Positions 21,687 through 32,028 of a stretch of DNA of 64,000 nt are shown here, one piece after another (position 1 is the first letter of the stretch; the number at the start of each line of letters is the position of its first letter). A program made the position numbers and the translations under genes. Below the pieces are notes generated by a model. It was given only the letters and a program-made list of their open reading frames with translations. It had not been told where the DNA came from and did not search any database. The stretch covers positions 25,852 to 89,851 of the forward strand of contig VGIX01000001.1 in assembly GCA_016867725.1 (NCBI GenBank), read 5' to 3'. Source of the DNA: Candidatus Effluviviaceae Genus I sp. Lineage in GTDB: Bacteria; Joyebacterota; Joyebacteria; Joyebacterales; Joyebacteraceae.

Positions 21687-24600
21687 TTACCTGATGACCA
21701 TGATCTTCCGAGTGACAACCTTGTCGCCGACGTCGATCGTGACGATGTACACGCCGCTCGTCACGTCCTTCCCGTCGTCGTTCTGGAGATCCCAGACCAC
21801 GTCGACGTTGCGGGTGGGCTCCTCACCGCTCACGAGGTCCCTGACCAGCACGCCGTAGAGGTCGTAGATCTTGATCGCGAGATCCGACTCCGACACGTCG
21901 CCGAGCGCGATGGTGATGCCGCCTTCGTGCTCGCCGGCCTTGTACGGGTTCGGGTAGATCGCGATGTCCTCGCCGCGCTCGAGCCTGACGGTCATGAGGA
22001 TCTCATCCTCGAGGCCGCCGTTCAGGTACAGCTTCAGCATCCCGCTGTAGTCCTGGCCGAGCAGCCCGGCCGGAACGGTGATGTGGAGGGTGAAGCCGGA
22101 GGTGTCACCGTCCGCGATCGCCGCCGTCGGCGGCTCGAACACGACGTTGTTCTTCGGAATGAGCGAGCCCGTCGCTCCGGTGAGGTCCTGGATGACGAAC
22201 GAGATGCCGGTCGCGATGTCCACGTTCCCGGTGTTGTGCACCGTCACGTGAGCGTCGGCGATCTGGCCCGCCACGCCCGTCACCGTCACCGACTGCTGCA
22301 CGAACGCCACGCTGGGCAGCGGCGCGACGTTGACCACGAGCACGAAGCTGTCCGTGATGTCGCGATCGTCGTCGAGCACGACCGTCACCATCGAGTAGTA
22401 CGTCCCCGCGGGCACCTGCGGGTCCGTCCACGTCACGTGGACCTCGCCCATGATGCTCGAGTTCCACGCGCAGTGGCTGTCGATGTCGACGGATGCCGAC
22501 AGCCCGGCCGGCAGACCCGCGACCGGCAGACCCCGGATGTCGGTCAGGTCGCAGTTCCCGAGGTTGCGGAGCTGGAACTGGCCGATCGCCTTGCCGCCAG
22601 GAGCCGGGGCCAGCGTCATCACGTTCCCGATCACGTTGTAGGCGTTGTCGAGGATGTTCAGGTCGGGCACGCAGACGACGTGGACCCTGACCTCGATGTC
22701 ATCGTAGAGCTCCTCGCCGGTCGCCAGCAGGGCCGCCGTGCCGACGTACGTGTCGGACCGCTTCCCCGCCGTCGCGGTCGCGCAGACCTGGAGGGTCCGC
22801 TGCGACGCAGCGTTGATGCTCATCGTGACCGGGCTGAAGTCGATGTACGCGCTCGGGATGATGTCACCGTAGGAGCCGATCAGGTTGCTGACCGAGAAGT
22901 GCACGTCCGGCAGCACCTGGTTCCCGGTGTTCTGGACCAGGACGTTCTCGCACGACGTCTCGCCGGGGTTGACGGTGATGTCGAGCGTCGCCGCGGAGAA
23001 CTGCGCCGAGAAGAGCGGCGCCACGACCACGTCCAGCCAGAAGGTGTCCACGAGGCCGCCGTCGGCGGTCACCGTCACCGTGCCGCGGTAGGTGCCCGCG
23101 GCCAGCGCCGGGTTGGTCCAGGTCACCTGCGCCGTCCCGAGGATGCACTCGTTCCACGGGAGCGACGAGGCCACCGTGACGCTCGCCGACAGACCCGCCG
23201 GGAGCCCGCTCACCGAGCCGGACACGCCGGAGACCCCGCAGTTGCCGATGTTGCACAGACGGAACTGGTTCGAAGCGGTGCCGCCGGCCGCCGGGGCGAG
23301 GGTCATGACGTTGCCCTGGACGCCGTAGGCCTCGCTCAGCACGTCCATCGCCCGGTTGCAGTTGACGACCACGTTGAGCGTGAGCTCGTCGTACGGCGTG
23401 CCGGCGCCCGCGATGAGCGTCACCGTTCCGACGTACGTGTCAGCCTGCATGCCGGCGGGGAGGGCCGCGCAGATCTGGACCGAGCCGTTCGTGCCGAACG
23501 GGATCGACTGGGTCATCGGCGTGAAGTCCACCGCCGACGCCGGGATCACGAGCCCGTTTCCGACGCCGACGAGGTTCGTCACGAGGAACCGGACGTCGGA
23601 GATGAGCGCGTTGCCGGTGTTCAGGACGGCCACGGTGCCGCAGGGCTGCGTTCCCGGGTCGCCCGCGACGACGAGGAGCTCCGAGGCGAACTCGGCGCTG
23701 ACGATCGGGGCCACGTTGATCGTGAGATGGAAGTAGTCCATCAGGACGTCCGTGGCCGTGATGTCCTCGTCGTACACGATGGGCAGCCAGTCGTCCTCGC
23801 TGCCTTCCTGCCCCGTGACCAGACCGCGCAGCGTGATCGGCACCGTGCCGTCGCCGGGCACCCAGTCCTCGGGGTGGTCGGTCCTGTAGGTGCCCGCCTG
23901 GATCGTCGTCGGCACCGACGGGATCCACAGCCTCAGCTTCGAGGACTGGCCGATCGCCAGCGAGTCCCCGAGCAGACCGCCGATCCACACGTCGAGCGAG
24001 TCGGACAGGTCAGGCAGGTACGTCGTGAACGGGATCCACTCCGGCTCGGCCGGGTTCGCCGGCCTCGTCGGGATCCGCGTGTGCTCGTTCGTCGTCGGGT
24101 CGTAGTACCAGAACCCGAGCGACGGCTCGGACGAAGGGCCGTCCCACGGATCCACGTTCGTCGTGGCGCCCGCGTTGTAGAGGAGGATCTCGCCGATCAT
24201 GACGCCGATCGCGCCGGGATCCACGTTGATCGTGATTTCGTTCCCCGACATGTTGGCGTAGTCGTCGTCGATGTCGAGGTCCGGGATGAGCAGGTAGAAC
24301 TTGAGCGTGAAGGTGTCGTAGCACTCGTCAACGTCCCAGACCGAGTTCTCGTTCGCGTCCTCGTACACCCTGACCGTGCCCTCGTAGTAGCCGGGCAGGA
24401 GGAGCGACGAGGTGTCGATCGTGACGGTGAACGAGTCGACCACGCCGAGCCCGAAGACCGCCAGGAGCGGATCGTTGAAGCTGATCACGCTCGTCGGGTC
24501 CGCCGGCCCGTCGAACCACTCGTACTGCGCCCTGACGTTGAAGAGCGTCAGGTTGCCCTGCGGATCGAACGTGTCGGTGTCCCACGTCCGCGAGGCGCTC

Positions 24601-27600
24601 GGCCCGGCGGGCAGGCCGTTCAGGTCGTTCCAGCCGTCCGGATCACCGCCCGGCCACGGCCACGTGCCGTCCGGCTCGGTGTTCGGAACGGCGACCCTGA
24701 ACATGCCGACCATCGGGATCGGATAGCCCGGGACGCTCACGAGGTGCATCTCGCCTTCCGCTGCCGGCTCCGGGAAGTAGTCGGGGTCGGACGAAAGGCC
24801 GACGCCCACGAAGTCCCCGTCGTCGTCGCAGATGTCGATGTCGCACGCCTCGGCCACGTACACGCGGACCTCGATGTAGTCATCGGGGAACTCGTTCGGC
24901 ATCGGCTGCCGCTGCGTGGTCGCCATCACGTACCCGACGTACCAGCCCGGCATCGCGCCGTACGGCACGTCCACCGTGACGGTGACGAGCTCCGAGGTGC
25001 CCGCCACGAAGCCCATGATCACGTCGGTGCTGAAGCCCACCTGCGAGTAGTGGAACCAGTCGGTGGTGTCCGCGTCCGGGTACGAGTACGCCGAACCGGG
25101 CAGCTCACCGTACCAGTGGAACGACGTCGCGCGGATGACCACGCTGTCCAGCACGGCTGCCTCGGACGGTCCGTCCTCCGGATCGGGGTTGTTCAGCGCG
25201 TCCGTGTGCCAGATCAGGATCTCGCCGGATCCGCCGTTGCCAGGCGCGATGCCGTCCGGCGCGCCGATCGTGAGCACGTTGCCCACGGCGTCGCCGCCGT
25301 CGTTGTCAATGTCGATGTCCCAGTCGCCGACCATGCGGTCGAGCGGGTCGCTGTCGACGCCGTCGGCCACGCCGCCGCGGTCGGTGTCCCACTGGTTCGG
25401 GTCGGTCTCGGTCCCGACGAGCCAGCTGCCGTCGAGATCCGCGTCCTCGTCGCCGTCCGTGAGCCCGTCGTCGTCGGAGTCGTCGTCGAGCGGGTCCGTC
25501 GTCCAGGCGCCGAGGTCCACGACGTCGTAGCGCGTGCTCCCGCACGGGTTCGCGAGCGTCGTGTCGTCGCCCATCGGGTACAGCAGCCCGATCTCCAGGC
25601 CGTCGGCCAGACCGTCCGCGTCGGTGTCGCAGTCGAGCGGATCGGTGCCGAGGACCGTGACCTCGTAGCCGTCAAGGAGACCGTCCTCATCCGAGTCGTC
25701 GTCCGTCGGACTGGTCTCGGTGACGTACAGGTCCGTGTCGTCGCCGTCGAGGTCGGCGTCCTCATCGTAGTCGGTGAGGCCGTCCATGTCGGTGTCCCAG
25801 CGACGCGGGTCGGAGTTCGAGGTGCCGTCGGCATCCCAGAAGCCCGGGTCGACGTCCGTGCCGCCGATCACCGGATCGACCGGGATGGGCCCCGTCATGC
25901 CGATCTCGAAGCCGTCGTGCAGGCCGTCGAAGTCCGTGTCGAGCAGCTTCGGATCGGTGGCCCTGAAGCCCACCTCGCCGGTGTGCGGCTGGTAGATGAC
26001 GTGGTAGTACTCGTCGCCGTCCATGATGCCGTCGTCGTCGAAGTCGCGGTCGAGCACACCCCACATCCCCAGACCCTTCTCCAGGACATCGAGCAGATTG
26101 TCGTTGTCCGAGTCGCCGTCCAGGACGTTCGGAATGCCGTCTCCGTCGTCGTCGTCCTCGGTCTCGCCGTCGTGGCAGTCCCAGACCCAGTCGTTGTCGC
26201 TGTCGACGTCCATCGCGTTCACGATGCCGTCGCCGTCGGTGTCCACCGTGGGCGACTCGATGTCGCCGGGACCGCTGCCGTCCCAGCAGCCGTCACCGTC
26301 GGTGTCCGGGTTCGACGGGTCGGTCACGTAGACGTGGTACTCGTCGCCGTCGAGAAGCCCGTCGCCGTCGCTGTCGGTGTCGTTCGGATCGCACGCCTGG
26401 GCGAACTCGTCGCCGTCCCACAGCCCGTCACCGTCCGTGTCGATGTCGGCGGGATCGGTCGGGTGCGCGCCGTTGTCAATCCAGCCCACGCAATACGGCT
26501 CGGACGGGACGTTCCCGGCGATCTCGTAGTAGTCGGGAAGTCCGTCGCCGTCGCTGTCGCGGTCGGCGGGATTGGTGCCGTACACGTCGACCTCGTCACC
26601 GTCCTCGTAGCCGTCGAAGTCGCTGTCGACGAGCCGCGGGTCGGTGCCGTACAGAACGACCTCTTCGCCGTCCTCCAGGCCGTCGCCGTCGCTGTCGGTG
26701 TCCAGCGGGTCGGTGCCGTACGCGACCTCGTTGCCGTCGATGAGGGTGTCGCCGTCGGTGTCGTTGTCGAGCGGGTCGGTGCCGAACCCGTGAACCTCGG
26801 CCCCGTCGTAGAGGTCGTCACCGTCCGTGTCAGGGTTGCTCGGATCGGTGCCGTACGCGAGCTCGTCACCGTCGCTCAGGCCGTCACCGTCGGTGTCCCC
26901 GTAGTGGGGGTTCGTGATGACGCCGTCAACACCCGGCGTGACCTCCTCGAGGTCGTCGAGCCCGTCGTCGTCGGTGTCTGCGTCGAGCGGGTTGGTCGCG
27001 ACGTGCTGCGCGATGCCGTCGAGGTCCCACCACGTCGGGTGCATCTCGTCGCCGTCCCACAGCCCGTCGCCGTCGAAGTCGGCGATCAGGTGCATGGTCG
27101 GCGGGATCACGCCCTGGAGCACGGCCTCCTCGATGTCGTACAGGCCGTCGCCGTCCGTGTCGTCGGGCGTGTACGGACCGCTGCCGAAGTCCCTCGCGTC
27201 AAGCGGATCGAAACCGGCCGCGACCTCCGTCGCGTCCGGATATCCGTCGCCGTCCGTGTCGGGGTCGCCGGGGTTGAGTGGCCCGACATGGAAGCGCGTG
27301 CCGTCGCGCTTCGTCAGCGCGGCCCCGGAAACATAGTACTGGTACGCGATCTCCGTGCGATCATGGAAGTCCAGATACACGTAGGTGGGCGGATCCTCCC
27401 AGTCGCGCCAGTCGGAGTCCACGTCGAGCACGTTCGGGAGGTTGTCCCCGCCCAGCTCCACGTCCCGGTTGTCCTCGACGAAGGTCCAGGTCTGGAGGAC
27501 GCCCTCGGCGTCGATGTACGTGCCGGTGACGGTCTCGCCGTCGAGGATGCCGTCACCGTCGGTGTCCGGATCCAGCGGGTTCGAGCCCCAGATCATGACC

Positions 27601-29222
27601 TCGGTATAGTCATCAACGAAGTCGCCGTCGGTATTGGGGTTCAGCGGGTCGGTGCCGTGGACGTAGATCTCGTCGTAGTCGGACAGGCCGTCACCGTCGC
27701 TGTCGGTGTTCGTCGGGTCGGTCCCCCAGATGCGCACCTCGGCGCCGTCCATGAGCCGGTACGGGTGGCCGCCGCCGTCGCCGTCGGTGTCGAACAGCTT
27801 GGAGTCGGTGCCGTACTCGTCCTCGCCCTCACCGTCCCACAGGCCGTCACCGTCGCTGTCCCAGTCAAGGGCGTCCACCATGCCGTCATAGAACGGCACA
27901 GGCCGCGTCGCGTCGGTGTTGTGGTCGACGTAGTCGCTGCCGCGGGTGCCGTACCACCCCTCGTCCACCCCATCTCCGTCGGTGTCATCGAGATCGAAGT
28001 TGGTCTTCGAGACGGTAAGCTCGTAGAGCGCCGGGACGCCGTCGCTGTCGCGGAGGTCGGGGTCGTCCGGATCCACCGGGTTCGTCCCGTAGATCCGCGT
28101 CTCCCACGCGTCCTCGAGCCCGTCGTCGTCGGTGTCCCTCAGGTAGGGATCCGTGACGAAGCCGTCGGCGCCCTCCACGATCTCCTCGGCGTCATCGATG
28201 CCGTCGTTGTCGCTGTCGCGGTCGAGCGCATCGATGAGCCCGTCGCCGTCGGTATCACGGCCGGGATACGGCATGCCCAACGGGTTCTCCTCACCGTCCG
28301 GGATGCCGTCGCCGTCCGTGTCGGCGTTGGAGGGGTCGGTCTTGAAGAGCGTGACCTCAAGACCATCGTACCAGTCGTCGCCATCGGTATCCTGGGCAAC
28401 GAGCGGGTCGCTCCCGAGGTAATTCACCTCGTAGCCGTCGCTGAAGCCGTCGCCGTCGGTGTCGTAGAGCTCGGGGTCGGTCTCGCCCTCGTCGACGATG
28501 CCGTTGAGGTTGGCGTCCTCGTCGCCGTCGGCCAGCCCGTCGTTGTCGCTGTCGACGTCGAGCGCGTTGATGAGGCCGTCGCCGTCGGCGTCGTTGTCGT
28601 TCTCGTTGCCGATGCCGTCGAGCCGTCCGTCGCCGTCGCTGTCGTTCAACGTCGGTCTGGTGCCGTACGTGAGCTCCTCACCGTCGCTCCACCCGTCGCC
28701 GTCGGTGTTGGGACTCGCCGGGTCGGTTCCCCAGGTCGCCTCCCTGCCGTCGATGATGCCGTCGCCGTCGGTGTCGGGGTTGAGCCAGTCCGTCACCCCT
28801 CCGAAGTACTCGACCGCGTCGGGGAGGAAGTCCCCGTCGGAGTCGAGGTCGAGAGCGTTGATGAGACCGTCGCCGTCGGTGTCGCGCGTCAGGTCCTCGA
28901 GCGGGTTCTCGACGCCGTCCGGAATGCCGTCACCGTCGGTGTCGGGATTCCACGGATCGGTCTCACCGATGTCCACGATGCCGTTCTGGTTGGCGTCCTC
29001 GACCGCGTCGGGGAGGCCGTCACCGTCCCAGTCAGCGACCTCGTCCGAGAACGAGCCGAACGTGCCGTGCCTGATCTCCTGGAAGTCAGGAAGCCCGTCG
29101 CCGTCGGTGTCGTAGTAGTAGGCCGCCGCGGGGGCGACCCCCATCACCGCCAGCGAGACCACGGCCATGAGGGAAGCGAGCGCGAGCATCGCGCCTCTGT
29201 CGCTGCGGTTCTCTCTTGCCAT
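21687..29222 (-). CDS. Giant (2511 aa) secreted thrombospondin-type-3-repeat Ca-binding protein with a T9SS C-terminal sorting domain
   Basis: GC3-rich ORF with RBS GAGGAGG and signal peptide [23 protein letters not shown]. Residues ~37-1296 are a dense array of D-x-D-x-D-G-x-x-D motifs ([10 protein letters not shown] etc.). Residues 1297-1836 match no recognisable family. Residues 1837-2416 form five ~115-aa beta-sandwich modules. The last ~95 aa ([11 protein letters not shown]...[35 protein letters not shown]) fit the T9SS type-A CTD / FlgD-Ig-like pattern. Confidence 0.9.
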   Translation of the reverse strand: MARENRSDRGAMLALASLMAVVSLAVMGVAPAAAYYYDTDGDGLPDFQEIRHGTFGSFSDEVADWDGDGLPDAVEDANQNGIVDIGETDPWNPDTDGDGIPDGVENPLEDLTRDTDGDGLINALDLDSDGDFLPDAVEYFGGVTDWLNPDTDGDGIIDGREATWGTDPASPNTDGDGWSDGEELTYGTRPTLNDSDGDGRLDGIGNENDNDADGDGLINALDVDSDNDGLADGDEDANLNGIVDEGETDPELYDTDGDGFSDGYEVNYLGSDPLVAQDTDGDDWYDGLEVTLFKTDPSNADTDGDGIPDGEENPLGMPYPGRDTDGDGLIDALDRDSDNDGIDDAEEIVEGADGFVTDPYLRDTDDDGLEDAWETRIYGTNPVDPDDPDLRDSDGVPALYELTVSKTNFDLDDTDGDGVDEGWYGTRGSDYVDHNTDATRPVPFYDGMVDALDWDSDGDGLWDGEGEDEYGTDSKLFDTDGDGGGHPYRLMDGAEVRIWGTDPTNTDSDGDGLSDYDEIYVHGTDPLNPNTDGDFVDDYTEVMIWGSNPLDPDTDGDGILDGETVTGTYIDAEGVLQTWTFVEDNRDVELGGDNLPNVLDVDSDWRDWEDPPTYVYLDFHDRTEIAYQYYVSGAALTKRDGTRFHVGPLNPGDPDTDGDGYPDATEVAAGFDPLDARDFGSGPYTPDDTDGDGLYDIEEAVLQGVIPPTMHLIADFDGDGLWDGDEMHPTWWDLDGIAQHVATNPLDADTDDDGLDDLEEVTPGVDGVITNPHYGDTDGDGLSDGDELAYGTDPSNPDTDGDDLYDGAEVHGFGTDPLDNDTDGDTLIDGNEVAYGTDPLDTDSDGDGLEDGEEVVLYGTDPRLVDSDFDGYEDGDEVDVYGTNPADRDSDGDGLPDYYEIAGNVPSEPYCVGWIDNGAHPTDPADIDTDGDGLWDGDEFAQACDPNDTDSDGDGLLDGDEYHVYVTDPSNPDTDGDGCWDGSGPGDIESPTVDTDGDGIVNAMDVDSDNDWVWDCHDGETEDDDDGDGIPNVLDGDSDNDNLLDVLEKGLGMWGVLDRDFDDDGIMDGDEYYHVIYQPHTGEVGFRATDPKLLDTDFDGLHDGFEIGMTGPIPVDPVIGGTDVDPGFWDADGTSNSDPRRWDTDMDGLTDYDEDADLDGDDTDLYVTETSPTDDDSDEDGLLDGYEVTVLGTDPLDCDTDADGLADGLEIGLLYPMGDDTTLANPCGSTRYDVVDLGAWTTDPLDDDSDDDGLTDGDEDADLDGSWLVGTETDPNQWDTDRGGVADGVDSDPLDRMVGDWDIDIDNDGGDAVGNVLTIGAPDGIAPGNGGSGEILIWHTDALNNPDPEDGPSEAAVLDSVVIRATSFHWYGELPGSAYSYPDADTTDWFHYSQVGFSTDVIMGFVAGTSELVTVTVDVPYGAMPGWYVGYVMATTQRQPMPNEFPDDYIEVRVYVAEACDIDICDDDGDFVGVGLSSDPDYFPEPAAEGEMHLVSVPGYPIPMVGMFRVAVPNTEPDGTWPWPGGDPDGWNDLNGLPAGPSASRTWDTDTFDPQGNLTLFNVRAQYEWFDGPADPTSVISFNDPLLAVFGLGVVDSFTVTIDTSSLLLPGYYEGTVRVYEDANENSVWDVDECYDTFTLKFYLLIPDLDIDDDYANMSGNEITINVDPGAIGVMIGEILLYNAGATTNVDPWDGPSSEPSLGFWYYDPTTNEHTRIPTRPANPAEPEWIPFTTYLPDLSDSLDVWIGGLLGDSLAIGQSSKLRLWIPSVPTTIQAGTYRTDHPEDWVPGDGTVPITLRGLVTGQEGSEDDWLPIVYDEDITATDVLMDYFHLTINVAPIVSAEFASELLVVAGDPGTQPCGTVAVLNTGNALISDVRFLVTNLVGVGNGLVIPASAVDFTPMTQSIPFGTNGSVQICAALPAGMQADTYVGTVTLIAGAGTPYDELTLNVVVNCNRAMDVLSEAYGVQGNVMTLAPAAGGTASNQFRLCNIGNCGVSGVSGSVSGLPAGLSASVTVASSLPWNECILGTAQVTWTNPALAAGTYRGTVTVTADGGLVDTFWLDVVVAPLFSAQFSAATLDITVNPGETSCENVLVQNTGNQVLPDVHFSVSNLIGSYGDIIPSAYIDFSPVTMSINAASQRTLQVCATATAGKRSDTYVGTAALLATGEELYDDIEVRVHVVCVPDLNILDNAYNVIGNVMTLAPAPGGKAIGQFQLRNLGNCDLTDIRGLPVAGLPAGLSASVDIDSHCAWNSSIMGEVHVTWTDPQVPAGTYYSMVTVVLDDDRDITDSFVLVVNVAPLPSVAFVQQSVTVTGVAGQIADAHVTVHNTGNVDIATGISFVIQDLTGATGSLIPKNNVVFEPPTAAIADGDTSGFTLHITVPAGLLGQDYSGMLKLYLNGGLEDEILMTVRLERGEDIAIYPNPYKAGEHEGGITIALGDVSESDLAIKIYDLYGVLVRDLVSGEEPTRNVDVVWDLQNDDGKDVTSGVYIVTIDVGDKVVTRKIMVIR
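21975..23714 (-). repeat. Internal A-B-A-B-A duplication of two ~115-aa beta-sandwich module types in the giant protein
   Basis: The A modules (aa 1837, 2067, 2299) share VAP-x-x-S-x-F...V-x-NTGN...IP...F-P...DTY/DYSG. The B modules (aa 1953, 2183) share ...GNVMTLAPA-x-GG...F-x-L-x-N-x-GNC...[10 protein letters not shown]...VTWT-x-P...AGTY. The DNA copies have diverged. Confidence 0.75.
25335..29114 (-). repeat. Coding array of ~45-50 (hand count) TSP3-type calcium-binding motifs
   Basis: The plus strand is peppered with gccgtcgccgtcggtgtc and variants (the reverse complement encodes DTDGDG). Spacing is irregular at 20-40 codons, so this is a degenerate protein repeat, not a DNA tandem repeat. 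Confidence 0.85.
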
Positions 29223-29495
29223 CCGACAACCTCCTCAGAGTGCGTGTTCAGACCGGGGCGCATCTCGCAGGTCCGTGCGACCCGGGCGCCCTGCCGGACG
29301 CTCCTTCAAGCTCCGTCAGGGCTCATTCGGCGCGCCTGTTCGGCGCACCGCTCCTGGCACAAGTCTCGAAACGGTCCCTGTCACCTCCTGTCGACGCCGG
29401 ATGTGCCACCAGAGCGGCGGCACCCAAACGCTGGAACCCCCACGCTTCTTGCTGATCCATGTGCGACTTCTCATCGCCCCAGCGGGCGTGGCGGC

Positions 29496-29525
29496 AATCT
29501 AGCATACGCCCGCAAAACCTGTCAA
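29496..29525 (-). promoter_or_regulatory. Promoter of the giant cargo gene
   Basis: The minus strand reads TTGACA-ggttttgcgggcgtatgc-TAGATT with an 18-nt spacer. It predicts a leader of about 265-270 nt before ATG 29222. Confidence 0.55.
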
Positions 29526-29621
29526 CTCTCTTCTTGTCCGGCGGTTTCGCTCGCGCCGAACACCCCGTTCGAACTTCGTTGTCAAGAGCTTGACGAATCG
29601 CTCACCCGCCCCGAGCGCGTG

Positions 29622-30812
29622 TCAGCTGTTCCATCTCCGCCGCCCGACGACCCTGCGCTCGGTGAGCGTCCTCACTCCGATCGCTTCTCCGCTTCTCAGA
29701 TACACGCGCGTCACGCGCTTCCCGATGCCGCAGATGATCTCGTAGTTGATCGTCCCGACGCGTCGCGCGACCTCGTCCACGGTGATCTCCTCGCCGCCCT
29801 GCCGTCCGAAGAGAACCACCTCGTCCCCCACGCGCGCGTCCGGCGCCGCGTCGACGTCCGCCATCGTCACGTCCATCGTCACCCTGCCGACGACGGGGCA
29901 GCGCCGCCCCCCGATGAGCACCTCTCCGCAGTTGGACAGCCGCCAGCTGTACCCGTGTCCGTACCCGACCGGGATGACCGCCGCGCGCATCGGGCGCTCG
30001 GTCGCGTAGGTGCGACCGTAGCTCACGGTCTGGCCCGCCGGCAGGTCGCGCACCTGCGCGATCCTCGACTTGAAGCTCATGACCGGCCTGAGATCGAGCC
30101 CGTCGTTCACCGTCCCCCCGGCTCGGAGACCGTAGGCCGCGATGCCCGGCCTCACGAGATTGAGCGGTTCCTCGAACGAGCGAGGCACGCCGAGAACGGC
30201 TCCGCTGTTCGCCGCGTGCCTGAGCGGGACCCGTATGCCCTTCGCCTCGAGCCGCGCCAGGAGGCCGAGGAAGAGGCCGACCTGCCGCTCCGTGAAGCCG
30301 CGGTCCTCGTCGGACGACGGGAAGTGCGTGAACAGCCCCTCGAGCGTGAGCTCGTCGTGCTTGGCGAGCGCCGTGATGAACGGCACGGCCTCGTCGAGTC
30401 CCACGCCGCTCCGGCCCATCCCCGTGTCCACCTCGACGTGCACCGCCGCGGTCTTCCCCTGGGCCGCGCACGCCCGGGCGAGCGCGCGGGCGATCGAGAG
30501 GCTCGGCACCGTGCACGAGAGGTCGTACTCGGCGATGTCCTCGGTCTCGTCCTCCATCGGAGGGCTGAGGATGAGGACCGGCGCGTCGATCGACGCCTGC
30601 CTGAGCTCGATGCCCTCCTGAAGCGTCGCGACCCCGAGCACGTCGACGCCGCTGCGGACGGCCACGCGCGCGACCTCGACGGCGCCGTGCCCGTACGCGT
30701 CGGCCTTGACGACGAGCAGGATCCTCCTGCCGGCCCCGATGCGGGAACGGATCGTCCCGAGGTTGTGAACGAGCGCGTCGAGATCGATCTCGACCCAGGT
30801 GGCGAACGTCAC
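29622..30812 (-). CDS. alr: Alanine racemase
   Basis: 396 aa: MTFATWVEIDLDALVHNL..., the PLP-lysine motif LLVVKADAYGHGA, and ...VSYGRTY...IPVGYGHGY. GTG start with GGAGG upstream. A C-terminal tail of about 25 aa extends beyond the usual end. Confidence 0.93.
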   Translation of the reverse strand: MTFATWVEIDLDALVHNLGTIRSRIGAGRRILLVVKADAYGHGAVEVARVAVRSGVDVLGVATLQEGIELRQASIDAPVLILSPPMEDETEDIAEYDLSCTVPSLSIARALARACAAQGKTAAVHVEVDTGMGRSGVGLDEAVPFITALAKHDELTLEGLFTHFPSSDEDRGFTERQVGLFLGLLARLEAKGIRVPLRHAANSGAVLGVPRSFEEPLNLVRPGIAAYGLRAGGTVNDGLDLRPVMSFKSRIAQVRDLPAGQTVSYGRTYATERPMRAAVIPVGYGHGYSWRLSNCGEVLIGGRRCPVVGRVTMDVTMADVDAAPDARVGDEVVLFGRQGGEEITVDEVARRVGTINYEIICGIGKRVTRVYLRSGEAIGVRTLTERRVVGRRRWNS

Positions 30813-30854
30813 CGTCCCTGCCTCCGAGAGCCGCGCCGTGTGACGGGGCTCACC

Positions 30855-30883
30855 CTAGTAGCACACGACCACGAGGCCCGCAA
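30855..30883 (-). promoter_or_regulatory. Possible alr promoter
   Basis: The minus strand reads TTGCGG-gcctcgtggtcgtgtgc-TACTAG (17-nt spacer), about 40 nt upstream of the alr start. Confidence 0.3.
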
Positions 30884-31137
30884 GGTCTTTCCCCTTCACG
30901 CTGCCGCGCGTCTGTCAAAGAGCATGCGGCGCGGGGCCTCGCTCCCGTGGTCCATGCGCCGGCGCGACGGGGACCCGAGCCGGCGTCGCCCCGCCGCGAC
31001 GCGGCACTGCGCTGCAAGCTGCGTGCCATCGGTCCTCAAGCGCATAAGTCACTATCCCAAGGCCGGTTGGACTGCCTCTCCCGGGGCCGCGGGCCGGCGC
31101 TCCGCCCGCGGAGCGCGCGGGCGCCCCCGCCGCGCCG

Positions 31138-31166
31138 TTGAAACAACACGCCCCGTCGTGTAGCGT
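31138..31166 (+). promoter_or_regulatory. Possible mazG promoter
   Basis: TTGAAA-caacacgccccgtcgtg-TAGCGT (17-nt spacer), about 40 nt upstream of TTG 31205. Confidence 0.35.
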
Positions 31167-31204
31167 CGCCAGCCCATCAGACCGTCCCCAACCGAGGAGG
31201 GACA

Positions 31205-32017
31205 TTGGACCCGGCAGCCGCCGCCAGCGCGTTCCGCCGCCTTCTCGAGCTCACCTCCGTTCTTCGCTCCCCGGAAGGATGCGCGTGGGACAGGGCGCAG
31301 ACCATCGCCACGGTGCGCCCGCACCTCGTCGAGGAGTTCCACGAGATGATGGAGGCGCTCGACGAGAACGACGATGCCAGGCTCCGCGACGAGCTCGGCG
31401 ACCTGCTCTTCCTCATCGTCTTCATCGGCGCGATGGCGGAGGACGACGGTCGCTTCAATCTCGATCAGGTGATCGAGGGCATCGATGACAAGCTCCGCCG
31501 CCGGCACCCGCACGTGTTCGGCGGCGAGGCCGCGTCGACGGCGGACGAGGTGCGCACCCGCTGGGAGTCGGGCAAGCTCAGCGAGGACTCGCACGCGAGA
31601 AGAGCCTCGATCCTCGACGGGTTGCCCAGGGACTTCTCGGCGCTGCTCACGGCGCGCCGACTCCAGGAGAAGGCGGGCGCGGTCGGGTTCGACTGGGAGA
31701 GGATCGCCGACGTCCTCGCGAAGCTCCGGGAGGAGGTCGAGGAACTGGCCGCCGAGATCCGCGCCGGCGACCGGGAGCGCTGCGAGCAGGAGCTGGGCGA
31801 CCTCCTGTTCTCGGCCGTCAACGTCGCGCGGTTCCTCGCCATCGATCCGGAGGCCGCGCTTCGGAAGACGAACCTCCGCTTCCGCCGCCGCTTCGCGCTC
31901 ATCGAGGAGCGGTTCGGTGGGGACGACCTCGGGAAGGTCGGCCTCAGAGAGATGGACCGCGTCTGGGAGGAAGCGAAGCGAAGGGAGCGGGATGAGGCCG
32001 GGCACGGCGGCGCGTAG
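31205..32017 (+). CDS. mazG: Nucleoside triphosphate pyrophosphohydrolase MazG
   Basis: 270 aa with tandem MazG domains (LRSPEGCAWDRAQT...EEFHEMMEAL...ELGDLLFLIVF, then ...LREEVEELAAEI...ELGDLLFSAVNVARF). TTG start with GAGGAGG upstream. Confidence 0.9.
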   Translation: MDPAAAASAFRRLLELTSVLRSPEGCAWDRAQTIATVRPHLVEEFHEMMEALDENDDARLRDELGDLLFLIVFIGAMAEDDGRFNLDQVIEGIDDKLRRRHPHVFGGEAASTADEVRTRWESGKLSEDSHARRASILDGLPRDFSALLTARRLQEKAGAVGFDWERIADVLAKLREEVEELAAEIRAGDRERCEQELGDLLFSAVNVARFLAIDPEAALRKTNLRFRRRFALIEERFGGDDLGKVGLREMDRVWEEAKRRERDEAGHGGA

Positions 32018-32028
32018 CGCCCGCTGCC

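Noticed and set aside
17219-21700. Search for microcompartment shell genes (BMC-H about 90-100 aa, BMC-P about 90 aa) next to the EP-like DeoC/RpiB.
   Set aside because: Every ORF of suitable size here is an overlapping shadow frame with Arg/Pro-rich composition. None shows the BMC-H or EutN/CcmL-like pattern, so no shell gene is claimed in this window.
25335-29114. Recurrent gccgtcgccgtcggtgtc-like DNA motif, which could be mistaken for a CRISPR or tandem repeat array.
   Set aside because: The repeats are short, degenerate, irregularly spaced and all in one reading frame (encoding DTDGDG-type loops). There is no repeat-spacer periodicity and there are no cas genes. This is a protein-level repeat.
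29323-29505. 60-aa minus-strand ORF in the leader of the giant gene.
   Set aside because: Its start lies upstream of the predicted transcription start. It has no RBS, poor GC3 bias and a non-protein-like sequence.
29581-29594. Inverted repeat GTCAAG-AG-CTTGAC just downstream of alr, containing another TTGACA on the minus strand.
   Set aside because: The loop is too small for a stable hairpin, there is no matching -10 box at 16-19 nt, and it may be chance. It is not called as a terminator or promoter.
21927-31163. 3078-aa plus-strand ORF, the longest in the track.
   Set aside because: It is the antisense shadow of the 2511-aa minus-strand gene and of alr, and happens to stay open across the 400-nt GC-rich intergenic leader. 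The translation is low-complexity (R/V/D/G/H/A) with no domain signatures, whereas the minus-strand product has clear signal peptide, repeat and CTD features.
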